64,000 bases of DNA from Callorhinchus milii (GCF_018977255.1 NW_024704743.1:51648001-51712000); one strand, 5' to 3'. Shown: positions 24,943 to 38,869, counted from the stretch's first letter. Notes: generated from the letters alone by a model not told the origin. Translations and numbers: made by a program.

Positions 24943-25347
24943 TCCTGGTCCTCACCTTCAAAGCCCTCCATGGTCTTGCCCCCATAACCTCTGTGACCTC
25001 CTATCCCCCTACGGACCTGCCTGTTTCCTCTGTGCAGCGGGCTCTGGCCAGCTTCACATCCTCCGCTTTGCCTGCCCCATCATTGGCGGGTGAGCCTTCA
25101 GCCACTTTTCCCCCACCCTCTGAAACCCCATCCCACAGTCCCTCAGCCTCCCCCCTCCCTTGCTTCCTTCAAGGCTGTCTCAAGATCCTCCTTTTCGACC
25201 GTGCTTTCGATCACCCTCCTTCCCCCCTGCCCTCCACCCTCCCTGATCCCGACCCCCAGCTTGGGTCCAAAATACTGATTGTTCATTTCCTTGGAACATC
25301 CTCCCAACGTGAAAGGTGCTATACAAATGTAATTTTTGTTGTTGTTG
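24943..25347 (+). mobile_element. L2 3' end
   Basis: ILVLTFKALHGLAP (ORF 24927); tail gtgaaaggtgctatacaaatgtaattttt(gtt)n. Confidence 0.88.
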
Positions 25348-25349
25348 CA

Positions 25350-25795
25350 ATTGATATAGCACCTTATATAATTGAGTCATCTCAAATCTCTTTGCAGGAT
25401 ATACTGTAAAGTGGATTGATTGTATTTTGTGGGCAAAAATCGTGTAGAACCTTATCAGGTTGAAATGTCTCAAAGTGCTTCACAATTTTCTGTAAAACTG
25501 TATTTTGTAGGCAAATGCAATTTGTGCACAGTAATGAACAGCAATGAAGCTAATGGCCAGGAAATTAGGAAAAGCTCCCTCCTCTTTTTGAATTGTGTTA
25601 TGGAATCCTTAACGACTACCTAAAAAGCAAGACTGAACCTCAGTTTAACGTCTCATCCAAACAGATGGTACCTCTGACAATGCAGCATGCCAGAGCACAT
25701 CCCTGGGGTGTCAGCCTAGCCTATAAGATTGAAGTTGCAACATGGGGCTTCATCCCACAACTTTCTGACTCAAGAAGTGGCAGTGGTACCACCTG
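25350..25795 (-). mobile_element. Stacked Deu-SINE fragments
   Basis: Two tail copies, then caatttgtgcacag..cctcagtttaacgtctcatcc..tctgactcaag. Confidence 0.7.
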
Positions 25796-25964
25796 AAAAT
25801 TTCCCTAGTAACAATTAACAATAATGAGAGGTCAACAGCAGCGCCATGTCTTGCTCGTTGCCACAAGTCAAGATGTCAGTGGTAAAGGTAGGGAGAATCT
25901 TTAAATGCCACAACAAAATCACTGTCTTGTTGGGTAAACTGGAGACTAAACCAAGAACTAATTA

Positions 25965-26790
25965 ACAACAACAATAGCAAATTACTTTTGTATAGCGCCT
26001 TTCACATCAGGAAGACATCCCAGGGCACTGGACATCAGGGGTTTAAGACCCGAGTTGGGAGTTGGGGGTCAGAAGGGGAGGAGAGCAGGGGAGCGGGGGT
26101 AGAAGTGTGGCCAAACACAATCGAAGAGGAAGGTCTTCAGACAGGACTTGAAGGAGGCAAGAGAGGGGGTGAGGCGGAGGGATTGTGGGATAGAGTTCCA
26201 GAGTGTGGGGGCAGAGATGCTGAATGCCCGACCGCCAATGGTGGGGCAGGAAATGTGGGGGACCTGAAGCAGACCAGTGTCTGCCGAGCAGAGGGGGTGG
26301 ACAGGCTAATATGGGGTTATGAGGTCAGAGAGGTGGGGGGAGAAAAACCATGGAGGGCCTTGAAGGTAAGAACAAGGGTTTTGTGCTCGATTCGCTGAGG
26401 AATGGGCACTCTACTAGCGAGCAGGCAGTTGGCATAGTCAAGCCGGGACGTGATGAAAGTGTGAATCAGTGTCTTGGCGGCCTGTAGTGAGAGGCAGTGA
26501 TGGGGGCGAAACGGGTCACAGCACAAATGTGGGGTTTGAAGGAATAGGTGAGGGTTGAAAAAGACACTGAGGTTTCGGATTGGCTCGGTGAGGTGAAGCG
26601 TGCAGCCATGAATGGTGATAGTGTCGGCGGCTGAGGTGAGCTGGCACTGCCGGGAGCCAAGAAGGTGGGCCTCTGTCTTGCCAACATTGAGCTGCAGGAA
26701 GTTGGCTCTCATCCAGGACTTGATGTCAGACAGACAATTAGCCAGGGCATCAACTGTCCTGGAGTCGGGGGTGCGGGGGGCAAGATGGAA
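25965..26790 (-). mobile_element. L2 LINE ORF2 C-terminal about 800 bp
   Basis: Minus ORF 26317-26814: LANCLSDIKSWMRANFLQLNVGKTE..AKTLIHTFITSRLDYANCLL..LVLTFKALHG. Confidence 0.92.
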
Positions 26791-28389
26791 TTGGGTAAGA
26801 ATTAATAGAGGCAATGAGAATTAATGTTCTACAAAAGACACAATCACTATACTTTACAGTGAAATTCTATGAAGCACTTTGAGATGGACTCCTGACATGA
26901 AAGGTGCTATATAAAATGCAACATTTATTTATTTATTTATTTACTATTATGTATTTTAAAAATTCAAAAAATCAATGATGATAATTTATACTTATATACC
27001 ACCTTCCACATAATGAGAGTGTCTCAAAGCATTTTACGAAAACTTACATTGACACTGAGTTAACAGATTAGTCAATGTTAACGGGACCACAACAGAACCA
27101 ATCCTAAACAGCTTTCAATTAGTGGAAGTCATAATACGAAAATGTAAACTTAGCACAAATTACGTTTTCTGGTTTTAATCATATGCAGTTCATTTGCTAA
27201 ATCCATATCCATTTTGTCAGGAATTGTTATGTTTGGATCAGGATTTTTCCGTGAAAACACAGGGAAATGGCAAATCTTTGTAGCACTCCACATTTAATCA
27301 TTAAGCAATTCGTTGAGNAAAAAAGAACAAAAATATACATTCTACATATACGGGGTACCAGTTAATCCATTCCTTGTGTTCCTTGCTATCTCTTTAGTGA
27401 CTATTAAAAAACAATACTGTGCTTTTGGCTGGTACTCTGCAATTGACTCCAAGCCAGAAATTGAAATATTAGCCAGAATTCCTGCAACTGATCAATATTG
27501 TTCACTTATAAAATAAACAGTTATCATTATACATTACCATAGATCTGTGAAGAGCTTTGAGATATCCTCCTGACTTAAAGAAACTGTATCAAATGCAAAA
27601 AATATTATTGATATCCATTGATGCCTGCTAAAGTTGCAGTTAAGTGACTGCAGGCTGAGGGGAGTATGAGGCATGACTGTAATGTCACTAATAGTTAAAA
27701 GCCCGACAAAATTCATATGAAGAATTGTCACTTAGCTGACCACTACTCCTCTAGATCTATAACTGCATGAATTAGTGCCTTCATGTGTCCTGACTCGACT
27801 TCAAAAATGTTCTCTTTGCTGCCCAGCTCTCCCATGGAGAAGTTCCAGCTGATCCAAAAACCATTGCCCACATACTCACCCGTACTGACTCCGTACACCC
27901 CATCTCATCAGTTCTAGCCAGGCTCCATTTTACGGATCCATTTCAAGATCCACATATTGGTTTACAAATCCCTTCATTACAAATCCGTGCTTAGGTTAGA
28001 GTTTTGCTTCATAAGGGTAGATAATGAATCCAGAGTAAATTAGACCTGCCTTACATTTTTGATTTATTTTAGTTTTTCAAGAAAAATCCCTTGAAGATAT
28101 TGTTTGGAATTACAAAAGGTACAATAAAGAAACAGACTTTCTGATCCCTCAAATCTGTGCTGGTGTTTTTCTTGATATGATCCATCTAGTCTAATGCCAC
28201 TTTCATGCTCAATCTCCACATATATGTTTTTTTTCAATGTGACCAACTTTTTATCTCACTTGCACCTCACTTGTACAAAGTGTCCTCACATAAAGTTTCA
28301 AAGCAGGAGTGGTATAGACAAGTTTATGCCCAATTTCTGCAAATAGCGTAGCTTCTGACAACTGACAATGTACTTCCTCCCATTGCGCT

Positions 28390-28600
28390 ATGTCAAAGGA
28401 GAACGGAGTTTCTCTCAATGTTCTGACCAACAAAGCTCCAAATAAAATTAATAATTCGCTTCATGGCTGTTTGTTGAACAGTATGCAAATTGGCTACTGC
28501 ATTCGCCTAGAAGTACACATTCACACTTTACAGTAAAGTGCTTTGAATCATTTCGACAACGTAACAAGGTACTATATCAAATACGAGGATGATTATTGCC
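28390..28600 (+). mobile_element. Deu-SINE 3' half
   Basis: ttcatggctgtttgttg..tgcaaattggctactgcattcgcc..ggtactatatcaaatacgagg. Confidence 0.7.
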
Positions 28601-29036
28601 CCACTCTCCATTGTGATTTTCAGAATCACATTACAAAAATTATTTCAAATGTTCAAATGAGAACTATGTCAGTATCAGCTTTACACTAAACACTTCGCTG
28701 TGCTCTTTGATAGAAATCAAAGCAAAGGAAAAAACAAACGAAAAGGAGGGAGCAAATTACCCAAGCCATGCGATAGTTTTCAATGAATGATTTAACAGAA
28801 TCAAATTTTGATGTCTAGTATTTATTTTGTTTCCAGAAGATTGGTTGACCTTACAAGTTTGCAAAGTTAAAAATAGTTACAAATGGTTGCTTTTATGATT
28901 GCATTGAAGAACAAAGATAAACACTTAAAAGAGCTAATTAAAAGCCTTCTTTTACACTTTTAAAAAGATAGATCATTCTTGAATACATCAACTGTAGAAA
29001 AGGAAAAGAAAACATCAAATTCAGCCAGGGTTTTGT

Positions 29037-29342
29037 GGAGTCCTGTAGCTCAGTGTAGAGCATTCGCTTTGCAAGCGAGAGACCTGAGTTCAATTCCAGG
29101 CAGGGCAAAACCTTGGGCAAGTTTCCTTACTCCACACGCCTAATAATAATCCCTCCAAAACCAAAAACAATAATAAATTGGTCATTTTCAATCTACGACT
29201 GTTTGTGGGACATTGCTGTGCGCCGCGTTCGCGCACAAAAATATACAGTCAATTCACTTCACAGTGTGTTCTGTGAAGCGCTTTGGGACGTCCTCCGGAC
29301 GTGAAAAGCGCTATATCAAATGCAAAGATTATTATTATTATA
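29037..29342 (+). mobile_element. Young full-length tRNA-derived Deu-SINE
   Basis: ggagtcctgtagctcagtgtagagcattcgc..gagttcaattcc..ccttgggcaag..tgtttgtgggacattgctgtgcgc..gtgaaaagcgctatatcaaatgc..(att)n, many CpGs intact. Confidence 0.92.
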
Positions 29343-29619
29343 ACAGCATTAGAAAATGTATTACAAGTTAAGTCCTATTTCTGAAAACTTCAATGGCTAC
29401 CGAAGCTGAAAGCAACATCAGAAAGACGACGGCTTATTTTTTCATGTCTCTCTGTAGTGCACTTCAGCCAGTACAAAAGTTTAAATAATTAAATTGCTTT
29501 TTAAAAATTCTGGTCTACCTTTTGGAAGATTTTCAGATTCACCTTTATCAGATATTTTCTCAATTCCATTTCTGGAGAAACTGTGGAGCGCGTTGTAAAT
29601 CCACATGGAGCAATGGTAA

Positions 29620-30115
29620 TTCTTTGTGAGAGAATAAAGTCCTGGCCAACAATCCTCCACATAAAATTGATCATTAACTTCATGGTTGTTTGTGGGACAT
29701 TGCTATATGCAAATTGGCTGCTGTGTTTGCCTAAAATTAATAGTCACTACATTTCACAGGATTTTACTGAGACGTCTCAGCACGTGATAAGGCGATATAT
29801 CAAATGCAAGGATTATTATTATAATCATGGCATAGGAGCAATCAATGTGAAGAATATTGTTGAATAATTACAGGCCAACAACAATGAGTGTGAAAAGTGA
29901 CTGGAAACAAATCATAAATAGTAGCAAACTGTGTGAAGTGTATTAGTGAATAATCATGGAATGGAAAACATCAGCTTGGTGTCTGCTGGTTCAGTAGGTT
30001 CAAGCCCCACATGGGTACTTTAAACTTACATACAATGTATAGCTGACACCAGTACTGGGAGGGTGTTGCATTGTTGGAGATGCTGTCCTTCAGATGAGAT
30101 GTTAAACTATGGAAT
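29620..30115 (+). mobile_element. Deu-SINE 3' half (29620-29825) and a separate 5' half (about 29990-30110)
   Basis: gtttgtgggacattgctatatgcaaattggctgc; ggttcaagccccac..cagtactgggagggtgttgcattgttggag..cagatgagatgttaaac. Confidence 0.75.
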
Positions 30116-30519
30116 AGGATCAGAGTCAGACTGATGATGAGATAGCACCGAACAAGCGCAATCTCCATGAAATTAGTGGCAATAGACTCCAGACTGAAAC
30201 AAATGACTTCGAAACTAGAGTGAAAGAGCAGTAAATTAGTCGGCAAATGTAGAACTAGGTGCAGGGAACTGGCAATGAGGCACAGAAAGAAGACAATCCA
30301 GAGATAATGCAAATGGAACAAGCTTTTTCAAAAGCAGTAGAATAATAAGGATAGTATGTAGAATAAGACCTTTCACGTGGAGATACAAACCTTTGGACAT
30401 CATTACAATTTTTTCAGAATTTGACAGATTCTTAAATTCAGCTGTAGTTTCAAAGTCAGTTTTCTGATAACAACATGCTTGAAAAAATAAACCCAGATCA
30501 ATACTTTAGGATGTAGCAA

Positions 30520-30780
30520 AACACTAGAAGAGGACATAGGTTAGAGATGAAATGGCCAATTTCACGACAGATACCAAGACGTTTTTCCTTATGCAGAGGG
30601 TACTGTAATTAACAACTGGAACAGGTTGCCAGAAAAAATGGTTGAGGCCAAGTCACTGGACTCAGTTTNAAAAAACAGCTGGATTCTGTGATGGGAAGAC
30701 TGTAAAGTAGGTTTCCTGGAAGGATAAGATCAAATGAGCCAAAGGGACTTCTTCAGCCCAAACAATCTTGTATTCTTTTA
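30520..30780 (+). mobile_element. CR1 LINE 3' end
   Basis: actagaagaggacatagg..tttttccttatgcagaggg..tggaacaggttgccag..gatcaaatgagccaaagggacttcttc. Confidence 0.75.
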
Positions 30781-32635
30781 AGAACTACAGAAATTTGATT
30801 TCAAAGTTAAAATTATTAACCATCCTGGGTCCCTACAACAATTTACATTTACATAGTGCCTTTCACGTGGGGTAGCATCTTGGAGCGCTTAACAATGGAA
30901 TGGTTTGAGGCTTAGCCAGAGAGAAGTTGTTGGGGATGATAATGAGGTACAATCTGAACACAGCTTCTAAAGTGCCAATGGAGCTGGTGAAGTACCCATT
31001 TGGGATTTCTGGGGGGGAAGGTAAAAGTAAGGGTTCACATCCCGATCATGCTCTAAGTGAAATGAAATTATAATGAAATGCCCAATGTATATTCCTCTCC
31101 AGTGTCTGATTTACTCTCCCAGGTAAAAAGACCTCTTTTTGTTACCTAAACCAGGAGCTGGGCCAAAAACTGATACAATTCATCCAGCTGAGAGGAAAGG
31201 TCAGTGAGTGCAAGCCCACAAACTCACAACTTCCTGCTTGGAAATCAAACACCCAACTGTTTGTGCTCTCAGAAGTCAGACAGCTCTGTGCAAGTACCTC
31301 ACCATACACCAGTGTGGTGAGGTACTCCTTTTCAATCTGTTAAGAATGGATGGCTGACTTAAATTACATGTTTATAACTTTTTTTTTGCATCACTTCAAA
31401 CAGAGCCGGCTTACCACTTACTCCATGCCCTTCTTAACATCACTGAAGCAGGGCAAAAAAAAGGACAGCAAGAGTCTCTGTAGCCAGGGGTTTCCTATTC
31501 CCCTCTGACAGACATAAACGCTATATCTAAGTGCCGCTAGTAAGCAGTCATGTGGAACTTCCTTTCTGGCCTGTGTGGCTATTGACTCTGTTGCTTTCAA
31601 GGAAGCTGCAGGAACAACAGTATCAAAGTAACTGATTCACCTAATTGTAAAGAAAAAGTTATGTAAATGGTAAACTGTTGCAGGTCCCCAATGTCAGTTA
31701 CCTGTGTGAACTTCACAGGCAGGGACCACACACTGTGCTTTGACTAATGAGGTAAGTGTTTTCAATATAGTTCAAACAGTTAACTTTAAACAATAGATTT
31801 AATCTGACAAGTGCACCAAGAAACAGGTCATTGTTTTAAAAACTTAAACGTGGAAATCTGATGACAGTGAGACCGGGCACCTCTCACTCAACACTCACAC
31901 ATGATATGAGAGCCTGTCTTCGAACATACTCAATCCCACCAGCTCAGCATGCATTTAACCCTTTGATGGACAGGCAAGATTTTCTTTCACAGAATTTGGG
32001 GTTTAAATGATGGGATTTTTAATATGTACTATTTAATATGGAATCTGTGTTTTGCAGACAGGGACATCTTCCAGTCACCAGAAATATATCACACAAGGAG
32101 TCTTTCCAATCAGCTCCTGTTAACCCTGCAAGGCAAAGCCCTAATGGATAGGGTGGTCCTAGCTGGACAAGCAGCCGAAAAGCTTGCCAGACAGCAATAT
32201 CAATGGCAAGCTGTGCAATTTTAGTTGGTTAAGCTCCAATAGTACCCCAACGTACACTCTGGGATCCCCAGAATTAGGTAAGCAGGGTGCATCCCTTCAG
32301 GCAGAGAGTACGCCTTCCATTCCAACAATCTATCTCTGGGATTGCCATATGTAGGTGGGATGCCATGGAAATCTCAGCTTAGTATGGATACTCTTAAGCA
32401 TGGTGATGGGTTTCCGCATGTGCCAGGCATCCATCTGATCCTCAAAAAAAATCTCAGTGGGAATTCTGCTCTGACCTGATCATTAGGAGTTCCCCACTGA
32501 GGAATCCCATCGAAATATACAGCAAAATTAAACTGATTTATTCAAAGATGCTTTGGGTTGTAACCAGTTATACTGCCAAGCATTAACACAACAAGAACCT
32601 TGCAAATGTTACCATTTTAGACTGTCAACACTCAA

Positions 32636-32897
32636 CAGCCCCGAGGCTCTGGAACTCTATCCCCCAGTGCCTTCGCCGCCTCCTCCCTTTCCTCCTTCAA
32701 GGCCGGTCTCAAGACCTTTCTCTTTGACCGTGCCTTCAGCTCCCCTCTCGACTCTCTACCCCCTCCTCGCTCCCTCCCTTCCCTCCCCTGACCCTGACCA
32801 TTTCCCCCCTGCTCGGGTCCTGATCCAACTGTACAGCGCCTTGGGACGTCCTCCTGACGTGAAAGGCGCTCCATAAATGGAAACTTGTTGTTGTTGT
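32636..32897 (+). mobile_element. Young L2 3' end
   Basis: Near-identical to 1480-1674 and the reverse complement of 54720-54990; (gtt)n tail. Confidence 0.92.
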
Positions 32898-33079
32898 AAA
32901 GGTTCTGGAAGGTATTTTACTGAAAATAAAAACATTACAATACTGTGAAATAACACCATCTATGCTTAGTTCTTGTGAATTCATTTTAAACTCCAGTTTA
33001 GCAGTATTATTAGGTTAAATAAAATATTCTATGATTAATTTTGGTAGAAAAACAAAGGTTGGGATTATATGCTCAATGG

Positions 33080-33525
33080 CAGTATCTTACAAGGAGCAGA
33101 AGAGTGGAAGTTCATACATCCTTGAAAGTGCAGCATAAGTGGAAAAGGCTGTGAAAAAAGGTTATAATATTCTGAGTGTTATACATAGGGTATAAAGTAC
33201 AAAAGTAAAACAATATTGCCGGGTTTGTACAAATCCTTAGTCAGGTTGTAGCTGGAGTATTGCGTTCAGCTTTGGCCATCTCATTTCTGGAAAGAGGTTA
33301 AGGCATCGGAGAGCATGCAGAGCAGATTTACAGGAATATGTATGAGTGATGAGGGGCTTTAGTTATGAGGAGAGATTGGAGAATTCTGGTCTATTTACAT
33401 TGGGGCAGAGAAGGTTGAGTGGAGACCTGATAAAGGTGGACAAAATTGTGAAGTGTTTTAGTAGGGTAAATAGAGAAAAACTATTTCCACTGGTTGAGAA
33501 ATCAGTATCATAAAAGATAACTAGA
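33080..33525 (+). mobile_element. CR1 LINE ORF2 C-terminal fragment
   Basis: gtacaaatccttagtcagg..ctggagtattgcgttcagctttgg (YKSLVR..LEYCVQ.W-like)..ttatgaggagagattgg..agaaggttgagtggagacctgata. Confidence 0.8.
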
Positions 33526-34559
33526 TGTGCTTCTGGGGAGAGAAGAGATTCAAGGAACAACAATTTGCACATATATAGTGTCTGTATATGGACCAGAATG
33601 GTCTTTTACGGGCTTGTGTATTCCTGTCTTTCACCATAGTGTAAAAATCACTGCTGAAGCCTTCAAAATATTACAAGAATATATTACAGAAATACAGATA
33701 GCAGTTGATGCCTAATAAACTGCCTCAGGGGTTACATAAGTAACTGCGAGTGTGATACATTGCTTAGAGCCAAAGGCTAAGAGCACAATTACCCATACAA
33801 GGTCATGTCTGCAATCTCAGGAGGAGGGGAGAGTTTACTGCAATAGCCTGAAAACAGGTGCTGTTGCAAAATATTTTGAGAGCTGCATTTTCTCAGGGAG
33901 CGCATTTGAAATATACTTTGACACTTACCATTGGATTTTTTTTCAATGCCATATGATTCTTTTCGAACATCCTGCCAGCTTCCTCTGTCTGTCTGAACCA
34001 AATTAATGCACTAGCCAAGTATCAAATACGGGCTACATTTCCATTCTCTATTTTAATTGACAATTTTCTCACGGCAGTTCATATGATAGACATACATGGC
34101 AAACCAAGGAATAACTGGAGGTTTTTAATGATTCCGTCCCATTGTACTTTTTTTAATGCCGTTTTTGTTTTATTGAGGTGAAGGTCCAAGGCCTGAAGGC
34201 GGTTGGCCAGTGTCGATATTATAAACTGTAGAGCAATGAACCTGCTCTCATGTTCCACAGCATCACTGCAACATCAACATCAGTGAATAAATATAGTGCA
34301 TCCACAGTCTGCAATGCTTCAATCCAGTAACACATTGAGGGGTTGAGGTGGCATAACAAACTGTGAAAGGGAAGCGTGAGGAATTTCGTAACATCTCATT
34401 TGCAAGTATGTTATTCAATACAATGCATACAAACAAAGGGATTTCAATGCACCATACAATATGGTGGTGGCACATGCAGGTCAGGAAAGTCCCAGTTTCG
34501 TTTTGGTCTGTTCCGAGTTAGCTGTTCTCATCTGAGGCAGTAAAGAGGGTGCTGTAGAT

Positions 34560-35290
34560 AATAATAATCCTTGCATTTGATATGTCGGATTTCATGTTCG
34601 GATATCACCTCAAAGCACTACACAAGATTTCCTGTGTATTTTGCAGGCAAATAAAACCACTAATTTGCACACAGGAATATCCCACAAACAGTCATAAAGT
34701 GAATAACCAATTTAATTGGGGGGATTGTTATAATAATAATAATCCTTGCATTTGATATAGCGCTTTTCACGTCTTCTCGACGAAAAGCGCTTCACAGAAT
34801 AGACTATAAAGTGAATTAACTGTATATTTGTGGGCGAAACGCGGCAGCCAATTGCGCACAACAGTGTCCCACAAACAGTCATGAGTTGAAAATGACCAAT
34901 TTATTATTGTTTTGTTTTGGAGGGATTATTATCAGGCGTGTGGAGTAAGGAAACTTGCCCAAGGTTTCGCCCTGACCTTCCTGGAATTGAAGCCAGGTGT
35001 CTCGCTTGCTAGGCGAGTGTTCTAACCACTGAGCTGCAGGACTTCCAAGCTAACTAGAACATGAGGAGAAACTATTTTTTTTTTGAATAGTGCCATGGAA
35101 TCTTTAACATCCTAACCAAGCAGACAAGACCTTGATTTATCATCTCATCTGAGGGGAGCACCTCCAACAATGTAGCATTGGCCATTGTATTGGATGTCAG
35201 CCTCGACTGTGAGTTCAAAATCTCAATGTATGGTTTGAACCCACATAACGCCTGACTCAGAGATCAGACTGTTACCAGAGAGTTCAGCTG
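34560..35290 (-). mobile_element. Old Deu-SINE split by a young full-length Deu-SINE (34731-35046)
   Basis: Old copy stops at ggggattgtt (about 34729) and resumes about 35050; the insert is the reverse complement of the 11375/29037 family. Confidence 0.88.
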
Positions 35291-37784
35291 CCTCCCAGAA
35301 ATTATACATCGGAGGAGGAAATTAAGGAAAGTTTAAGATGTTGCTAGCTCTCTCAGAGCTAACTTCTCCTATCCCAATTCCCTGCTCTTTCTGCCATCCT
35401 TTTATATTCTAGCTAATAAACCTCCATGTCCACATGCTAGGAGGAGGGCAACAATTCAAGATATCTGCTCCCATTTGCTCAATTCTTTGTTGGCTGAATG
35501 TGGGTGAGGATAGAATTTCACTCAATAATGATGTTCATCTCAACACACCAACACTATATTCACCATCTAGATTCACAGATAGAGAAGAGTCAGTCATGGA
35601 TTCACATGGCTTGCATTTTTCAACATCATTAGGAGGGGAGAAAATTGGAGATGAAAATCAAAGCGCTTTCTAACTATTATCTGTTTGACTTTATTTGGTC
35701 CTGAGAGCATCATGGCGGTACCAACAGAGAGTAGAACTCCATGATCAAATGGTGTGATTTGATAAGCTTTTGGTTAGCAGCTGTATCAATGCCCTGTGAC
35801 TTAACAAACAGTAAGTGGGATTATTTATTATCAATTTATCAATTAAGAGAACAATATAATGACTTCTGTGCTATAGCAGGATTTTGGCGCAGTGTGCATA
35901 GCTCAAATCTCCACACAAGAGCAAACACCAAAGAAATTATAAGATAATTAGTGTAAAACAGCATAAAAATCAAACAGCAAATTGCTTCACAATATGAACA
36001 GCAGTTACTCTGCCTACGCACATGACTGAGAAACTGCCATGTGACTGCATCACAGCCCACCACCCATGTCTCACTGTGCTCATACCAGTGTTCCATGAAA
36101 GACCATTATTTTCACAAATACTTTACAAATAAATATAAATGTATTAAATGCATAGAATTAATAAGATGCATGCTGAAACTTGGCAGTGTGGAATACATGT
36201 GGACAGTGCAATTCAATGCTTTACTTTTCTGTGAAACACTAAAGACCGTCTTGCATTCTTTTACATAGACATTCTCTGAAGTCATTATTTTTATTAAATA
36301 TTTAGAAGGAACTGAATAACAGCCACCCTTTAACAATAATCTGACTGGTATTTATTTCAGGCTTCTTACATCAATGCAATACTATTTCCTGTAAGTCTTT
36401 TGCTATCATCAAACCACTTCTTAATATGTCTGTGCCACATAGCCAGGATCATTATAATTCAAAGCATGTGGAAATTACAGTACAGTACTTAATAAATACA
36501 GTTGAAATCAACATGGAAATGTGATAAGAAAATTCCTAGAAAAGTCCTGATATGAGCAAATAGACCTAGTTAGTTCTGGTATAGTCATTCACGTTACATG
36601 AAAGTCGAGCTCTAAGTAGGGGATCATGTGACCACATCAATAGAGGGAAGCAAAGTATTTACTGAGCTCTGACTAGATTTGTCAGAAAATTGGCTCCATC
36701 TGACATTCTATACTTGCTATAATCTAATCCATTGGGTAAAGTATAGGAGAAATGCCAAGTTGTCCACTAAACCCTTGAACATCATAAATGGGAATAGAGA
36801 ACTGTACTAATAAAAGAAGGAATACCACATCGGCCACACAAGGTGGCGCAGAAATTGACAACAATCAATATATGACTGAACTCCAGACCACACGGGTGAA
36901 AGGAAACTCAATACAATTACGTTTCTCACTTCTGACTACTAGCGTTACCTCAGTAGTGCCAAATAACTAATAATAAAGACAATATCCAGACATTCCTGCA
37001 TCAAATAAGAGAGCTAGAGGTGACAGTCAAATGCCTTCTGGCCCACAGTGATGATTTTGAAAATAGGTCACAAAGGAATCACATCCATTTTTAAAAGATT
37101 TACTGAAGGGAATGAAGGAGATTAAAGCAAGATGCTGCTATAAAGAAGGAACCTCCGTTTCAGGGTCCCTGTTAAAAAAAGAAATGTCTAGAATTAGGTT
37201 CAATTAAAATATCTATCACTGAATTTGGTACTTCATCAATTCAAAGCACATCACCAAACCAGGTTTATTATTTGCTGATCACTAAAGCTAGTGATATTTT
37301 CAACCCATTTTAAAAAACATAGTAAAAGCATTGTTTTTAGGAATTGGGGGTTTTAGGAATTGGGGGTTTGTTTACTTTCAGATCCACCATGCCAGCGGGA
37401 CAGTTTAAGGGTTGTGAAGGGTGTTTCTACAACGACACCAGGAAGCTTTTTATTACACAGGACTACTGGAATGGGTGACCACAAAGTGTAGTTGAGTAGC
37501 ACTCCACCCCTGGGACGCTACACTGCATGAGGGGTACTGTATAGATGCAAGTTGTTGTTGGGATCTTCGAGAGTCACATGACACACTAGAGCAGGCAGAT
37601 AGAATCTTGGTTTACTGTCTTTTCCAAAGGACAATAGTTGATTAAATTAGTTTGTAAACATAATAAATTATTGTCATATACACTTTTTGAGCAAAAGTAT
37701 GAGAATATTAATATCAGTTAGATCTGGTCCAGTCCCAGTCAGCATGCTATATAAAGTGCATGCAGAAATCCAAACCCAACCAAA

Positions 37785-38480
37785 GCAACAACAGCAACAA
37801 TTTGCATTTATATAGCGCCCTCCATGCCACCTGGCGTCTCAGATCACTTAACAATGGCGGAGCCCAAGGCCAAGCCAGAGGGAGGGGGAAGGTAACTGCA
37901 GGCGAGGTGAAGGGGTTGAGAAAGGGAGTTTCAAAGTTTCGGGGCGTAGTGGCTGAAGGTTCAGCCACCGATGGTGGAGCAGAGGATTCAGCGGACATGG
38001 AGGAGGCCGGACCCAGTAGAGCGGAGGTAGCAAGTACTGCTGTGGGGAGCGAGGAGGTTAGAGAGATAGGGTGGTGGTGGGCAAGGAATGGAGGGATTGA
38101 AGCACTAGAGTGAGGATCTTGTAGTAGATCTGCTCTATGACAGGGAGCCAGTGGAGTTTGGCAAGGACTGGAGTAATCGGGGTATGAAGTTTGGTGTGGG
38201 TGAGAATGTGGGCGGCAGAGTTTTGAATGAGCTGAATTTTGTGAATAGTGGAAGAGGGGAGAACAGTGAGAAGGGCATTAGAGTAGTCCAGCCGAGAGGT
38301 GAAAAGGCATGGACAAGAATTTAGGCAACTTTTGGAGTGAGGTATCGTCAGAGACGGGCAACGTGGCAGACAACAACAACAACAACAAGATTCCATTTAT
38401 TGAGACGTGGAAGAAAGTGATACTGTTCAGGGACCGGATGTGAGGGAAGAAGGATAACTGGGGATCGAATCCCCAGTTAT
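37785..38480 (-). mobile_element. Old L2 3' region with nested 35-nt young L2 tail at 38370-38404
   Basis: [36 protein letters not shown] (ORF 38058); caacaacaacaacaacaagattccatttattgag identical to 54720-54753. Confidence 0.88.
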
Positions 38481-38869
38481 CCTTCCTTGAAGCACAGATG
38501 TGAATGCACATGATACAAAAATAACAGCAGCAACTCTACATTTATGAAGCACATCTTGATGCATTCAAGAGGAGGCTAGATCTTCACTGAGGAAGAGGGA
38601 AATAGAAGATTATGGGAGGGAGAAAGGAATGGGTGGAGACTCATGTAGAGTATAAGTTGTTGATAGGGAAACATACTGGCAATGTGTGACACTAATAGGA
38701 AATCTCATTAATGGGCAATATCACCAAAAGCAATGAAGGTAATGCTCACTGGAATTTTTCCCTATTTCCCTCTCTACAAACACACTGTCAAATAGCTTTA
38801 CAATTGTTAGTTTCACTGCCCATCACTCAGAGCCATGGAGAGGGCAACAATAGGGATATTTAAAAGAGA

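Noticed and set aside
2592..30669. Single N bases at 2592, 2860, 27318 and 30669
   Set aside because: All sit beside homopolymer runs and are assembly artefacts; homopolymer lengths here may be unreliable
37335..37370. 18-bp tandem duplication ttttaggaattggggg(t)
   Set aside because: Simple slippage; only two G-runs, not a convincing G-quadruplex or telomeric array
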